Shown here: positions 1 to 10,032 of the stretch, piece after piece
Position numbering within the stretch: the stretch's first letter is position 1
How the letters are laid out: each line of letters starts with the position of its first letter
Source of the DNA: an uncultured Candidatus Saccharibacteria bacterium
Lineage (GTDB): Bacteria > Patescibacteriota > Minisyncoccia > Phycocordibacterales > UBA9973
NCBI GenBank assembly: GCA_964527185.1
Contig: CAZGOI010000001.1
Span: forward strand, 300,410-356,575
DNA length: 56,166 nt
Direction: 5' to 3'
Program-made: the position numbers and the translations under genes
The notes under the pieces: generated by a model
Told to the model about the DNA's origin: nothing
Databases searched by the model: none
Seen by the model: only the letters and a program-made list of their open reading frames with translations

Positions 1-2
1 TT

Positions 3-308
3 CTCCTAATCTCTTCTTTTATTGAGCCAATTGATATGGATAATACAAAAAGTGATTTTAGAAAAATTGACAATTTTGTTATACCTGAAATTAATTTAGA
101 AAAAATAAAAAACATTCCAAATAAAGTTACATTGATACATGGCAAAAAAGACACAGTAGCTCCTTTTTCACACTCTGAAAAAATTTCGAGAATAATGAAT
201 GGTAAACTGATACTAATTCCCGAAGGTGATCATTTTAGCCAAAAGATAAAACCAATATGCTATCAACTTCCCGAAGCACTAGAAGCTTTAGAAGAAATGC
301 TTAAATAA
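3..308 (+). CDS. Alpha/beta hydrolase (RBBP9/YdeN-like), 5'-truncated by the window edge
   Basis: Frame is open from base 3. Motifs LIHGKKDTVAP and GDHF match the C-terminal Asp/His of alpha/beta hydrolases. Confidence 0.7.
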   Translation, partial: LLISSFIEPIDMDNTKSDFRKIDNFVIPEINLEKIKNIPNKVTLIHGKKDTVAPFSHSEKISRIMNGKLILIPEGDHFSQKIKPICYQLPEALEALEEMLK

Positions 309-309
309 C

Positions 310-894
310 ATGCACCACATTTATCACACCGAAGGTTTTATTTTGAGTTCGCGCAATCGGGGCGAGGCCAACAAAATGCTCACGATATATACGCGCGAGA
401 TGGGGCTCGTCCGGACTCTTGTCCAAGGAGTGCGGCAGAACAAATCAAAACTTCGTTTTGCCTTGCAAGATTTCTCTTATATCCGGGCCGATCTGGTCCG
501 TGGGCGGGAGATGTGGCGAGTAACTTCGGCCGCGAGCCTAAATTCGTTTCCATATGCCAGGGCTGACAAAGATTCACTTTTATTTCTAGCTCGAGCGAGC
601 AAGCTCATCGAGCGCACCTGCGATGGCGAAGAGGCCAACGCAATTATTTTCGACGATTTGATTCAAGCTCTCCATATCCTCGACGATATTTATGTAAAAA
701 AAGAAACAAAAGAAGCGCTCGAGCTCCACCTCGTCTTGCGCATCATGAACACACTCGGCTATATCGGCGAATCAAAATTGTTAGACGAATATCTCAGTGC
801 ACCTTTTGATAAGATCAAGATTGAAAAAATATTGGGTGAACGCAAATCGATAATTGCCCATATAAATAAGGCTATAAACGAGAGCCAATTGTAA
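310..894 (+). CDS. recO: DNA repair protein RecO
   Basis: N-terminal OB-fold pattern TEGFILSSRNRGEANKMLTIYTREMGLV is typical of RecO. Confidence 0.85.
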   Translation: MHHIYHTEGFILSSRNRGEANKMLTIYTREMGLVRTLVQGVRQNKSKLRFALQDFSYIRADLVRGREMWRVTSAASLNSFPYARADKDSLLFLARASKLIERTCDGEEANAIIFDDLIQALHILDDIYVKKETKEALELHLVLRIMNTLGYIGESKLLDEYLSAPFDKIKIEKILGERKSIIAHINKAINESQL

Positions 895-920
895 CGCCCT
901 CATGGTATAATAGAGCCCAT

Positions 921-2825
921 ATGGAAGAAGGTGAGCACAAGAATCGAATAGAAGATATCAAACGCCGGCTCTACGATCTGGAAGATTCGACAAGCAGTCG
1001 TCCACACGAGGGGGTGCTCCACCCAGTTTCTCACAAAGTTCCCTCGAGCTGGCAAAAAAACCTAGCCGAAGAACAAAACCAAGAAGCAAAAATTCCTCGC
1101 AAGCCGAAAATGTCTCCATTCAAGAAATTTTTCATCGGGGCAATTATCTTTTTCGTATGCGCGGTTGCATTTTCAATCTACATGTTTCTAAATGGCGGAG
1201 TTTCAGTCTCAAACGACAATATCGATATCAATGTCTTGGGCAACGCTTTCACCAAAGGTGGTGATGAATTGCCACTGCAAATAGAAATTGCAAATCACAA
1301 CAACGCCAGTCTAGAACTCGCCGATCTGATCATCGAATACCCGCGTGGCGCATCTGACGACCCGACCGACATGGTCCGCCTGCCTCGCCAATCTATAGGT
1401 AACATCGGCAAAAATTCAAGTGTGACAGAAAATGTCAAAGTCACTTTGTTTGGCGAAGAGCAATCAATACGCAACATCAAGGTCACGCTCGAATACCACC
1501 CCGAGGGATCAAATGCAATATTTACAAAGGAGAAAGACTACCCAGTGACCATAAGTTCTGCGCCGCTATCGCTCTCGATAGACGCGCCAGATGAAGTAAC
1601 ATCAGACCAAGATATTTCATTTAAAGTTACAGCAACTCTAAATACTGCATTGCCGCCAAATGGCACGACCATGCTCCAGATTTCTTATCCAAATAATTTT
1701 GTTTTCGATAGCGCTACACCCGCGCCGTCATACGGCAGTACTATCTGGAATCTTTCTGGTCTTACCCAGGCGACCCCAATCTCGATCGTGGTAAAGGGTC
1801 GCCTGATCGGCCAAGATGGCGACCAGCAAGTTTTCCATATCTACGCCGGCACGACCTCGCCAAAAGACCAATCTATTGTAAATGTGGTCTACAATTCGCT
1901 GCTTAAAACGATCACCATATCAAAACCATTTCTCGAGGCCCATATCCTTGTCAACGATCAAGACTTGCCGAGCTACACCGCTTCAGGTGGCGATACGGTC
2001 AATGCCTCGATCGCTTGGTCTAACAATCTTTCAAATAGAATCACAAATGGAAAAATAATAGTTAGCTTTTCGGGCAATGTTTTTGACAAAAATTCTGTTA
2101 ACCCGCTCGAAGGTTTCTATGATTCGGCCAATAGCCAAATTATCTGGGACAAAAATTCTATTCCCGAACTTGCTTCTATCGAACCGGGCGCCAGCGGGGA
2201 GATTAGTTTCAATTTTAAACCGCTCTCGCTCATCGGTCTCTCAAATATCAAAGACCCACAGATGCTTCTAAGTGTCAGCATCGAAGGGGAGCAACCTTCG
2301 CTCGGCGGGACTAGCGCTTCGGTAAATAATTTCACCAAGAAAGTTATAAAAATCATTTCCGATTTCCAACTAGCTTCTTCGGCAAGCTACCTGTCTGGCT
2401 CTCTGCCGCCAAAAGCTGAAACAGAAACTCAATACACAGTCGCTTGGTCACTTTCAAACTCGGCCAACAATATCACCGGGGCTGAAGCTCGCTCGGTCTT
2501 GCCTATATATGTTAAATGGGTTGGCTTGGCCCCAGGTAGCAATGAAAACGTGACATACGATGACCAAACTCGCGAAGTCATCTGGAACATTGGCCAAGTC
2601 AGGCCAAACACCGGTATCGATTCGAACCGCCAAGCGTCGTTTGTCATATCACTCACTCCGTCGCTCTCGCAAGTCGGTAGCGTGCCGCAACTTATGAAAG
2701 ATGTTATTTTAACCGGTAGCGACGTTTTCACCGGCACGTCGATCAGAAGTACTCGCAACCCTATCACCACGCTTCTTCTAAGCGACCCGACCTTTAAATC
2801 TGGCCAAGAACGTGTTATACAATAA
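921..2825 (+). CDS. Single-pass membrane protein with a large extracellular beta-sandwich (Ig-like) region
   Basis: One TM helix near aa 70-90, followed by repeated beta-rich segments. Function unknown. Confidence 0.6.
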   Translation: MEEGEHKNRIEDIKRRLYDLEDSTSSRPHEGVLHPVSHKVPSSWQKNLAEEQNQEAKIPRKPKMSPFKKFFIGAIIFFVCAVAFSIYMFLNGGVSVSNDNIDINVLGNAFTKGGDELPLQIEIANHNNASLELADLIIEYPRGASDDPTDMVRLPRQSIGNIGKNSSVTENVKVTLFGEEQSIRNIKVTLEYHPEGSNAIFTKEKDYPVTISSAPLSLSIDAPDEVTSDQDISFKVTATLNTALPPNGTTMLQISYPNNFVFDSATPAPSYGSTIWNLSGLTQATPISIVVKGRLIGQDGDQQVFHIYAGTTSPKDQSIVNVVYNSLLKTITISKPFLEAHILVNDQDLPSYTASGGDTVNASIAWSNNLSNRITNGKIIVSFSGNVFDKNSVNPLEGFYDSANSQIIWDKNSIPELASIEPGASGEISFNFKPLSLIGLSNIKDPQMLLSVSIEGEQPSLGGTSASVNNFTKKVIKIISDFQLASSASYLSGSLPPKAETETQYTVAWSLSNSANNITGAEARSVLPIYVKWVGLAPGSNENVTYDDQTREVIWNIGQVRPNTGIDSNRQASFVISLTPSLSQVGSVPQLMKDVILTGSDVFTGTSIRSTRNPITTLLLSDPTFKSGQERVIQ

Positions 2826-2827
2826 AT

Positions 2828-4180
2828 ATGAAAAAAGACGATGACAATCTGATGGACAAGATAACTTCACTCTGCAAACGACGAGGTTTCATCTACCAAG
2901 GTTCTGAAATCTATGGCGGTTTGGCTGGCACTTGGGATTATGGCCCGCTCGGAGTCACCCTCAAAAACAATATAAAAAATTTATGGTGGAAGATTTTTGT
3001 CGATTCGCGCGACGATATGTATGGCGTCGACGCAGCCATTCTTATGAACTCGGCAGTTTGGGAAGCTTCGGGGCACGTGGCTGGGTTTTCAGACCCTCTT
3101 GTAGAATGCTCCAAATGTGGGAGTAGATGGCGTACTGATGCGATAATTGAAAGTCAGCTTGCTGACAAAGATGGTAGATACTATTGTCCAAGAAGTGAAT
3201 GTCGAAATCTTTTAGGAACTTCGGAAGAAATGTATGCAAAAACTCGTCAATTCAATATGATGTTTGCTACTCAGATTGGTGCAATGGAGGACTCATCAGC
3301 CACAGTCTACTTGCGGCCAGAAACTGCCCAGGGGATGTTTGTGAATTTTAAAAATATTGTCGATTCGTTCCACCCGAAACTTCCTTTTGGCTTGGCCCAA
3401 GTCGGCAAAGCTTTTAGAAATGAGATTACTCCGCGTGATTTTGTTTTTCGAGTCCGCGAGTTCGAGCAAATGGAAATAGAATATTTCATTCGCGATAGTG
3501 ATTGGGAAAAATATTTTGAATATTGGCGCGAGGAAATGCTCGACTTCATAGAAACCATCGGTATCGACATGTCCCATGTCCACGAACTAGAAGTTCCGGT
3601 TTCTGACCGAGCCCACTATTCGAAACGGACGATTGATTTTGAATTCGATTTTCCTTTCGGCCGCAAGGAACTCTATGGTCTGGCCTATCGCACCGACTTT
3701 GACCTGAAAAACCACAAACTAGAATATATAGACGAGGAAGACAGCAAAAAAATCACCCCGCACGTCATTGAACCTTCGTTTGGGGTTGACCGCAGTGTTC
3801 TTGCATTACTCGTCTCATCCTACAAAGAAGATACGAGCGCCGAAGAGGTGCGACCATATCTGGCCCTAAAGCCGTCTATCGCGCCAATCATTTGCGCCGT
3901 CTCGCCACTGCTTAAAAACAAACCAGAACTTCGCGAACAAGCTCACATGCTCTATCGCAGTCTCAAAGACGAATTTGGCCGCGTCATGTGGGACGACAAT
4001 GGCAACATCGGCAAGCGCTACCGCCGACAAGATGAAATCGGTACCCCATTTTGCATCGTCGTTGATTTTGATACTCTAAAAGACGATACAGTCACCGTCC
4101 GCGACCGCGATACAGGTAAACAAGAGAGAATAAAAAAAGACGAACTAATTGAATATTTAAAAGACAAGATTTATTTATGA
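2828..4180 (+). CDS. glyQS: Glycine--tRNA ligase, alpha2 type
   Basis: LCKRRGFIYQGSEIYGG, LRPETAQG, FRNEITPR, HVIEPSFGVDR, and anticodon domain IGKRYRRQDEIGTP. Confidence 0.97.
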   Translation: MKKDDDNLMDKITSLCKRRGFIYQGSEIYGGLAGTWDYGPLGVTLKNNIKNLWWKIFVDSRDDMYGVDAAILMNSAVWEASGHVAGFSDPLVECSKCGSRWRTDAIIESQLADKDGRYYCPRSECRNLLGTSEEMYAKTRQFNMMFATQIGAMEDSSATVYLRPETAQGMFVNFKNIVDSFHPKLPFGLAQVGKAFRNEITPRDFVFRVREFEQMEIEYFIRDSDWEKYFEYWREEMLDFIETIGIDMSHVHELEVPVSDRAHYSKRTIDFEFDFPFGRKELYGLAYRTDFDLKNHKLEYIDEEDSKKITPHVIEPSFGVDRSVLALLVSSYKEDTSAEEVRPYLALKPSIAPIICAVSPLLKNKPELREQAHMLYRSLKDEFGRVMWDDNGNIGKRYRRQDEIGTPFCIVVDFDTLKDDTVTVRDRDTGKQERIKKDELIEYLKDKIYL

Positions 4181-4641
4181 AAATAGTTACTATAGCCTTC
4201 TTTTTTAGAGATGACAAAATTCTTCTTGCCAAGAAAAAAAGAGGGTTTGGTATCAATAAATGGAATGGATATGGGGGTAAATTAGAAGACGGGGAAACCC
4301 AACTTGATAATATTGAAAGAGAAGTAAAAGAAGAAAGTAATTTATCTATACCTAAAGAAAAATTTAAAGAAATAGGCGTAATAGATTTTTATTTTGATGA
4401 TAAACCCGAATGGAATCAAAGAGTTGTTATCTATAAAGTAGATAATTTTTCCGGTGAACCCGAAGAGACAGAAGAAATGTTGCCAAAATGGTTTTCAATT
4501 GATGAAATTCCATATCAGGAAATGTGGGCAGGGGACGACAAGTGGTTGCCCTATGTGATTGAAGAGAAGTATTTTAAAGCCCAAATGCATTTCAAAGCCA
4601 AAGACGATAGTTTGGTGAGTTGCATCATAGATGGAAAATAA
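4177..4641 (+). CDS. NUDIX hydrolase (MutT/MTH1-like 8-oxo-dGTPase)
   Basis: KKRGFGINKWNGYGGKLEDGET...REVKEE Nudix box; MWAGDDKWLP. Confidence 0.88.
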   Translation: MKIVTIAFFFRDDKILLAKKKRGFGINKWNGYGGKLEDGETQLDNIEREVKEESNLSIPKEKFKEIGVIDFYFDDKPEWNQRVVIYKVDNFSGEPEETEEMLPKWFSIDEIPYQEMWAGDDKWLPYVIEEKYFKAQMHFKAKDDSLVSCIIDGK

Positions 4642-4722
4642 TTTAAACCCCATTGACTATTTTAGGTAAATATTGTAATCTAGCGTTAAACACCAAATTA
4701 TTTCACATAAAAATTTATATTT

Positions 4723-5085
4723 ATGAGAAGAGCCTGTAAAATTTTAGGGACATTTAACTTTAGCCCCATCATTGGAGTTACCGATTTTAATCAAGAACAA
4801 CAAACCTATTTTTCTGGAAATTTTTCCTTAAAAGAAGATGGTACTTTTGTCGGAGAACTTGAAGATTGCTACGGCCCATCTTCAATCGAAGGTAAGTTTG
4901 AAACGAAATTTTTAACTTTTACGAAAAAATATTATCCATCAGCAAAATCCAAAGATCAAATCTACCTCTACCTTCTTGCAAGGAGAACATCAGATGCAGG
5001 TTATGCTGGTTCATGGAAACTTGTAAATGATCAAGATGGTCCGTATGAAGGAATGGCAGCATGTGCCGTATTTTTTACGGTTTAA
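4723..5085 (+). CDS. Hypothetical beta-rich protein
   Basis: 120-aa AT-rich ORF with its own promoter-like sequence upstream and a hairpin downstream. Confidence 0.6.
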   Translation: MRRACKILGTFNFSPIIGVTDFNQEQQTYFSGNFSLKEDGTFVGELEDCYGPSSIEGKFETKFLTFTKKYYPSAKSKDQIYLYLLARRTSDAGYAGSWKLVNDQDGPYEGMAACAVFFTV

Positions 5086-5109
5086 TTTATACGGTACAGT
5101 AGAATTTAA

Positions 5110-5141
5110 AATTTGGCCGACAAATCGAATCGGCCATTTTT
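5110..5141 (+). terminator. Hairpin TGGCCGA/TCGGCCA followed by a T-run
   Basis: 7-bp stem at 5114-5120/5130-5136, then TTTTT. Confidence 0.55.
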
Positions 5142-5220
5142 ATTTACTTTACAATACCGTATGTTATATTTTATTTATGAAATTTAGTAAGAAAACAATG
5201 AGCTGTGATATAAAATAAAT

Positions 5221-6492
5221 ATGCAGAAAGCTAAAAAGAAAATTCTAAAAAATGGTCTTCGGGTCATCACTGTGCCGATGAAAGATAACCCGACGGTCAC
5301 GGTGCTAGTGCTCGTCGGCACCGGGAGCGATTATGAAGAAAAGAAATTAAACGGCATTTCACATTTCCTCGAGCACATGTGTTTTAAAGGCACAAAGAAG
5401 CGCCCGAATGCCAAGGCCATATCACACGAGCTCGACGCCCTCGGGGCCCAATACAACGCATTCACCGACCACGAGATGACGGGCTACTATGCCAAAAGCG
5501 ACGCTAAGAATTTTAAAAAGATTTTTGAAATCATTTCAGATATCTATCTAAATTCAACATTCCCCGAAGCCGAGATCGAAAAAGAAAAAGGGGTCATAGT
5601 CGAGGAGATAAATATGTATGAAGACACGCCAATGCGCCACGTCCAAGATATTTTCGAACAAGTCCTCTACGGCGACCAGCCGGCTGGGCGAAACGTCGCC
5701 GGCACCAAGGAGACAGTTCGCGCCATGAAGCGTAATGATTTTATAAAATATAAAAGTAAGCACTACGCAGCCAAAAATACCGTCATCATTGTTTCCGGCA
5801 GCGTTGACAAAGGCGCTGTCGACAAGGAAGTTTTCAAACATTTCAAAAATATTAACACCCACCCAAAAAAATCAAAACCAAAGACAAAGATTTCACAAAA
5901 AACTCCAAAAATAATTTTGAAATGGAAAGAAACAGACCAGACACATCTGGTGCTCGGCGTTCGGACATTTAAAATAGGGGACAAGAGAAATGCAACACTC
6001 TCGGTTATCTCTGGTGTCTTGGGCGCTGGCATGAGCTCGAGGCTCTTCATCAAACTCCGCGAAGAACTCGGCGCGGCCTACTATGTGCGCTCATACAACG
6101 ACGCCGCACTCGACCACGGCAGTTTCCAAATATCTTCTGGCATAAACAACAAGCGCACAAAAGAAGTTTTGAAAGAAATCATCGAAGAATGTAAACTACT
6201 AACCAGAGAAAAAATTTCTGAAAGCGAACTCGCCAAAGTAAAATCATTTCTCGTCGGCAATATGAAGCTCTCGCTCGAAGCCACAGACGACATCGCCAAT
6301 TTTTATGGCGTTCAAGAAGTCTTGCGCGGCAAAATCGAAGATTTAAACCAAAAAATAAAAAATATTGAAAAGGTTACCGCAACCGATATCATGAAAGTCT
6401 CAAAAACAATTTTTAAAACAAACAATCTAAATCTTGCCATCATCGGCCCCTACAAAGATAAAGAGCATTTTAAAGAAATCCTTAAATTCTAG
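5221..6492 (+). CDS. M16 family zinc peptidase
   Basis: Inverted zincin motif HFLEH, NAFT, and MSSRLFIKLREELG. Confidence 0.95.
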   Translation: MQKAKKKILKNGLRVITVPMKDNPTVTVLVLVGTGSDYEEKKLNGISHFLEHMCFKGTKKRPNAKAISHELDALGAQYNAFTDHEMTGYYAKSDAKNFKKIFEIISDIYLNSTFPEAEIEKEKGVIVEEINMYEDTPMRHVQDIFEQVLYGDQPAGRNVAGTKETVRAMKRNDFIKYKSKHYAAKNTVIIVSGSVDKGAVDKEVFKHFKNINTHPKKSKPKTKISQKTPKIILKWKETDQTHLVLGVRTFKIGDKRNATLSVISGVLGAGMSSRLFIKLREELGAAYYVRSYNDAALDHGSFQISSGINNKRTKEVLKEIIEECKLLTREKISESELAKVKSFLVGNMKLSLEATDDIANFYGVQEVLRGKIEDLNQKIKNIEKVTATDIMKVSKTIFKTNNLNLAIIGPYKDKEHFKEILKF

Positions 6493-6524
6493 CGGCATCA
6501 TAGCCTCTGTGATATTATAGGTTT

Positions 6525-7577
6525 ATGGCTTATAACACCATAAATATCTCGACCAGCACACTAATCAGAATACTAGTCATTGGTTTTGTCGTCCTCGCCT
6601 TGATTAAGCTCATCAATATCGTCCTCATAGTCCTAACGGCCATCGTCATTGCGTCTTTTGTCGAGGGGGCTCTCAGAAAAGTCAAACGATATATAAAAAA
6701 CAGAACCCTAGCAGTCTTTTTGATCTACGTTTTTACCATCGTGATTTTTATAGGACTCGCTTCGGTCTTTGTGCCTGTGTTTATACAGGAAATGTCCCTA
6801 CTTGTGACTTCTCTCGGCCACTATATTCCAGATAACAGCATATTTAGTACCTTCCAACCAGACACAATCACTGGCGCTAAAGATGTGGTCAAAACCATTT
6901 CACACAACGGTTCACTGGCTGATGTCATTCAAAGTACCCAGAGCCTCGTTTCAAGCCTATCAGGTGGCTTCTTCGATATTTTCGGCCAGGCTTTCGGTGG
7001 GGCCCTCAACTTGACACTCATCATAGTCATTTCATTCTATCTCTCGATCCAAGAAAGAGGTGTCGAGAATTTTCTTCGCATTATCGTACCAAAAGACAGC
7101 GAAGAATATGTCGTCGATCTCTGGCGCAGGACAGAACGCAAAATCGGCCTTTGGGTTCAGGGGCAGATGCTCCTTGGGGTTATCATCGGTGTCCTTGCTT
7201 ATCTTGGTCTTACAATTTTAGGAGTAAAATATTCTTTCGTGCTTGCTCTCATCACAGGTTTTTGCGAGCTCGTACCATTTGGCATATACATCGCAGTTAT
7301 TCCGGCTACTGTTTTCAGTTATCTAAATGGTTCAATCACCACTTCGATACTGACGTTTTGTCTTTACCTTATCCTTCACCAATTTGAAAACTACCTCATA
7401 TACCCGCTCATTATAAAAAAAGTTATCGGCATCTCGCCGCTCGTTGTCATTTTATCAATACTGATCGGTGCAACACTCGTCGGATTCTGGGGAGTCATCC
7501 TTGCTATCCCGTGTGCAGTTTGCTTGCTTGAATTTTTGGGTGATGTAGAAAAGAAAAAAATAACACACCTCAGTTAA
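6525..7577 (+). CDS. AI-2E family transporter
   Basis: Multi-TM protein with ENYLIYPLIIKKVIGISPL and GFWGVILAIP. Confidence 0.9.
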   Translation: MAYNTINISTSTLIRILVIGFVVLALIKLINIVLIVLTAIVIASFVEGALRKVKRYIKNRTLAVFLIYVFTIVIFIGLASVFVPVFIQEMSLLVTSLGHYIPDNSIFSTFQPDTITGAKDVVKTISHNGSLADVIQSTQSLVSSLSGGFFDIFGQAFGGALNLTLIIVISFYLSIQERGVENFLRIIVPKDSEEYVVDLWRRTERKIGLWVQGQMLLGVIIGVLAYLGLTILGVKYSFVLALITGFCELVPFGIYIAVIPATVFSYLNGSITTSILTFCLYLILHQFENYLIYPLIIKKVIGISPLVVILSILIGATLVGFWGVILAIPCAVCLLEFLGDVEKKKITHLS

Positions 7578-7578
7578 T

Positions 7579-9033
7579 ATGAAAAAGACTTTCTATATCA
7601 CAACCACCTTGCCATATGTAAATGCGCCGCTGCACATGGGACATGCGCTCGAATTTGTGCGGGCTGATGCAATCGCGCGCTACAAGAAACTTTCGGGCTA
7701 TGATGTTTTTTTTAATTCTGGGACCGACGAGCACGGCATCAAAATTTTTGAGAAAGCAAAGGAGAATAATCTAGACCCACAAGAATTTGTCAATCAAGGC
7801 TTCGCGACTTTCAAAGAAAGTCTAAAAATATTCGGTATGAGCGAAGATATTCATTTTATCCGTACTACTGATGAAAACCACATCAAAGGAGCTCAGGAAT
7901 TTTGGAAAAGGGTTAGAGACAACGGCTACATTTATAAAAAAATATATCAAGCCAAGTATTGCAAAGGTTGTGAAAGTGAAAAAACTGATTCTGAAATCAA
8001 TGAGAAAGGTGAATGTTTAGAGCACCCGGGTGTGCCACTTGAAATTATCGAAGAAGAAAATTATTTTTTCAAATACAGCTCTTTTGGAGACAAACTTTTA
8101 GAATTCTATGAAAGAAACCCGACTTTTGTTGTTCCAGAATTTCGATTTCATGAAATAAAAAGCTTTGTCAAAAGTGGCTTGCAAGATTTCTCGATTTCGA
8201 GGCTAAAAAGCAAAATGCCGTGGGGCATAGAAGTACCAGACGACCCAGACCAAGTCATGTATGTATGGTTCGACGCGCTGACAAACTATATAAACACGCT
8301 CGGCTGGCCAGAGCGAGATGGGGATTTTGAAAAATACTGGGTAGGTGGCACACCGACGCAATATTGTGGCAAGGATAACACCCGCTTCCAAGCTTCCATG
8401 TGGCAGGCGATGCTCATGGCTGCCGGAGTCGAGAATTCGCATCAAATCGTCGTCAATGGCTTCATCGTTGGTGAGGGTGGTATCAAAATGTCTAAAAGCC
8501 TTGGCAATGTTGTTGACCCACGAGACATAGCCGAAGAATATGGAACAGAAGCCCTGAGGTATTTTTTACTGCGCGAGATTTCTTCGTTTGAGGACAGCCC
8601 TTTTACCTTAGAGCGATTTAAAGAAGCCTATAATAGTGGCCTTGCAAATGGACTGGGTAATTTGGTTTCAAGAATTATGACTATGACCGAAGCTAATATT
8701 TCAGAAAAAATTTCTGAAGATTTTGTTTTAGAAAAATCATCAGACTACCAAGAATTTAAACTTAACTTAGATAATTTTGAAATTAATAAAGCTGTCAATA
8801 TAATTTGGAAATTAATTGAAGAACTCGATTCTTATATTCAAATTAATCAACCATTCAAATTAATAAAAACAAAACCAGAAGAAGCCAAGCAACAAATTGT
8901 TTATTTAGTTATGGAATTAAAGCAAATTGCTTATATGTTAGCCCCAATACTTCCTAACACTTCAGAAAAAATACAAAAATTAATCAAAGAAAATAAAAAA
9001 CCAGAAACTCCATTATTTTTAAGAAAAGATTAA
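7579..9033 (+). CDS. metG: Methionine--tRNA ligase (short form)
   Basis: PYVNAPLHMGH (HIGH), YVWFDAL, KMSKS. Confidence 0.97.
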   Translation: MKKTFYITTTLPYVNAPLHMGHALEFVRADAIARYKKLSGYDVFFNSGTDEHGIKIFEKAKENNLDPQEFVNQGFATFKESLKIFGMSEDIHFIRTTDENHIKGAQEFWKRVRDNGYIYKKIYQAKYCKGCESEKTDSEINEKGECLEHPGVPLEIIEEENYFFKYSSFGDKLLEFYERNPTFVVPEFRFHEIKSFVKSGLQDFSISRLKSKMPWGIEVPDDPDQVMYVWFDALTNYINTLGWPERDGDFEKYWVGGTPTQYCGKDNTRFQASMWQAMLMAAGVENSHQIVVNGFIVGEGGIKMSKSLGNVVDPRDIAEEYGTEALRYFLLREISSFEDSPFTLERFKEAYNSGLANGLGNLVSRIMTMTEANISEKISEDFVLEKSSDYQEFKLNLDNFEINKAVNIIWKLIEELDSYIQINQPFKLIKTKPEEAKQQIVYLVMELKQIAYMLAPILPNTSEKIQKLIKENKKPETPLFLRKD

Positions 9034-9034
9034 G

Positions 9035-9892
9035 ATGGTTCCTAAATACATCGACATACACTCCCATGTAAATTTTAAAGCGTTTGATCTTGATCGAGAC
9101 GAGGTCATTGCCCGCGCGCTTGAAAATAATACTTGGGTCATAAATGTCGGTACGCAGGTAGATACTTCAAAAAAAGCAGTAGAGATGGCCGAAAAATATC
9201 AAGAAGGGGTCTATGCGATCGTCGGTCTCCACCCGATACACACCGGCGCTTCATTCCACGACGGAAAAGAATTGGGTCAAGGCGGCGCAGAATTCACTTC
9301 GCGCGGAGAAAATTTCGATAAAGAAAAATACCGAGAATTTTTAAAAAATAAAAAAGTCGTAGCAGTGGGGGAATGCGGCCTCGACTACTACAGGTGTACA
9401 GAGGAATCGATCGAAAAGCAAAAAAAAGCTTTTAGACAGCAAATCGAACTCGCCCTTGAATTTGGGAAACCGCTCATGCTGCACATCCGTAACAATCTCG
9501 ATGGTCTAACGACTGCCCATCCAAAGCCAAACGCATATAAAGACGCGATCGAAATCTTGCGCGAGTACAATGAGGTGCGTGGCGATGTGCATTTTTTTGC
9601 CGGGACCGTCGAAGACGCCAAGAATTTTATCGAGCTTGGATTCACACTATCTTTCACTGGCGTTATCACCTTCACCAAAGACTATGATGAAGTTATAAAA
9701 AATACCCCGATTGAAATGATCATGTCTGAGACCGATGCGCCGTATGTCAGCCCCGTTCCATACCGCGGCAAGCGCAATGAACCGATTTATGTTCGAGAAG
9801 TCGTTAAAAAAATCGCCGAGATCAAAGGTTTGGACGAAGAAAAAGTAGCAAAAACCATAATCGCAAACGCCAAAAGAGTTTTTGACATATAG
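9035..9892 (+). CDS. tatD: TatD family hydrolase
   Basis: DIHSH, AVGECGLDY, SETDAPY, RGKRNEP. Confidence 0.95.
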   Translation: MVPKYIDIHSHVNFKAFDLDRDEVIARALENNTWVINVGTQVDTSKKAVEMAEKYQEGVYAIVGLHPIHTGASFHDGKELGQGGAEFTSRGENFDKEKYREFLKNKKVVAVGECGLDYYRCTEESIEKQKKAFRQQIELALEFGKPLMLHIRNNLDGLTTAHPKPNAYKDAIEILREYNEVRGDVHFFAGTVEDAKNFIELGFTLSFTGVITFTKDYDEVIKNTPIEMIMSETDAPYVSPVPYRGKRNEPIYVREVVKKIAEIKGLDEEKVAKTIIANAKRVFDI

Positions 9893-9916
9893 GCCCTATT
9901 TTGCTACTATGGCCCT

Positions 9917-9995
9917 ACATCTTGCTTGTCCCGGCACTGAATCCGGTACACAATCCCTTCCTATTAGGATGGGCAAAGGTCCATAGTAAGATTGT
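9917..9995 (+). promoter_or_regulatory. Structured 5' leader of rpsF-ssb-rpsR (candidate S6:S18-type leader)
   Basis: TG-c-TACTAT -10 at 9902-9910. Closing stem 9919-9926/9985-9992 encloses two hairpins. Confidence 0.45.
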
Positions 9996-10032
9996 TATTA
10001 AAAGAAAATAATTGCGCGCAAGCGCTAGTTAA

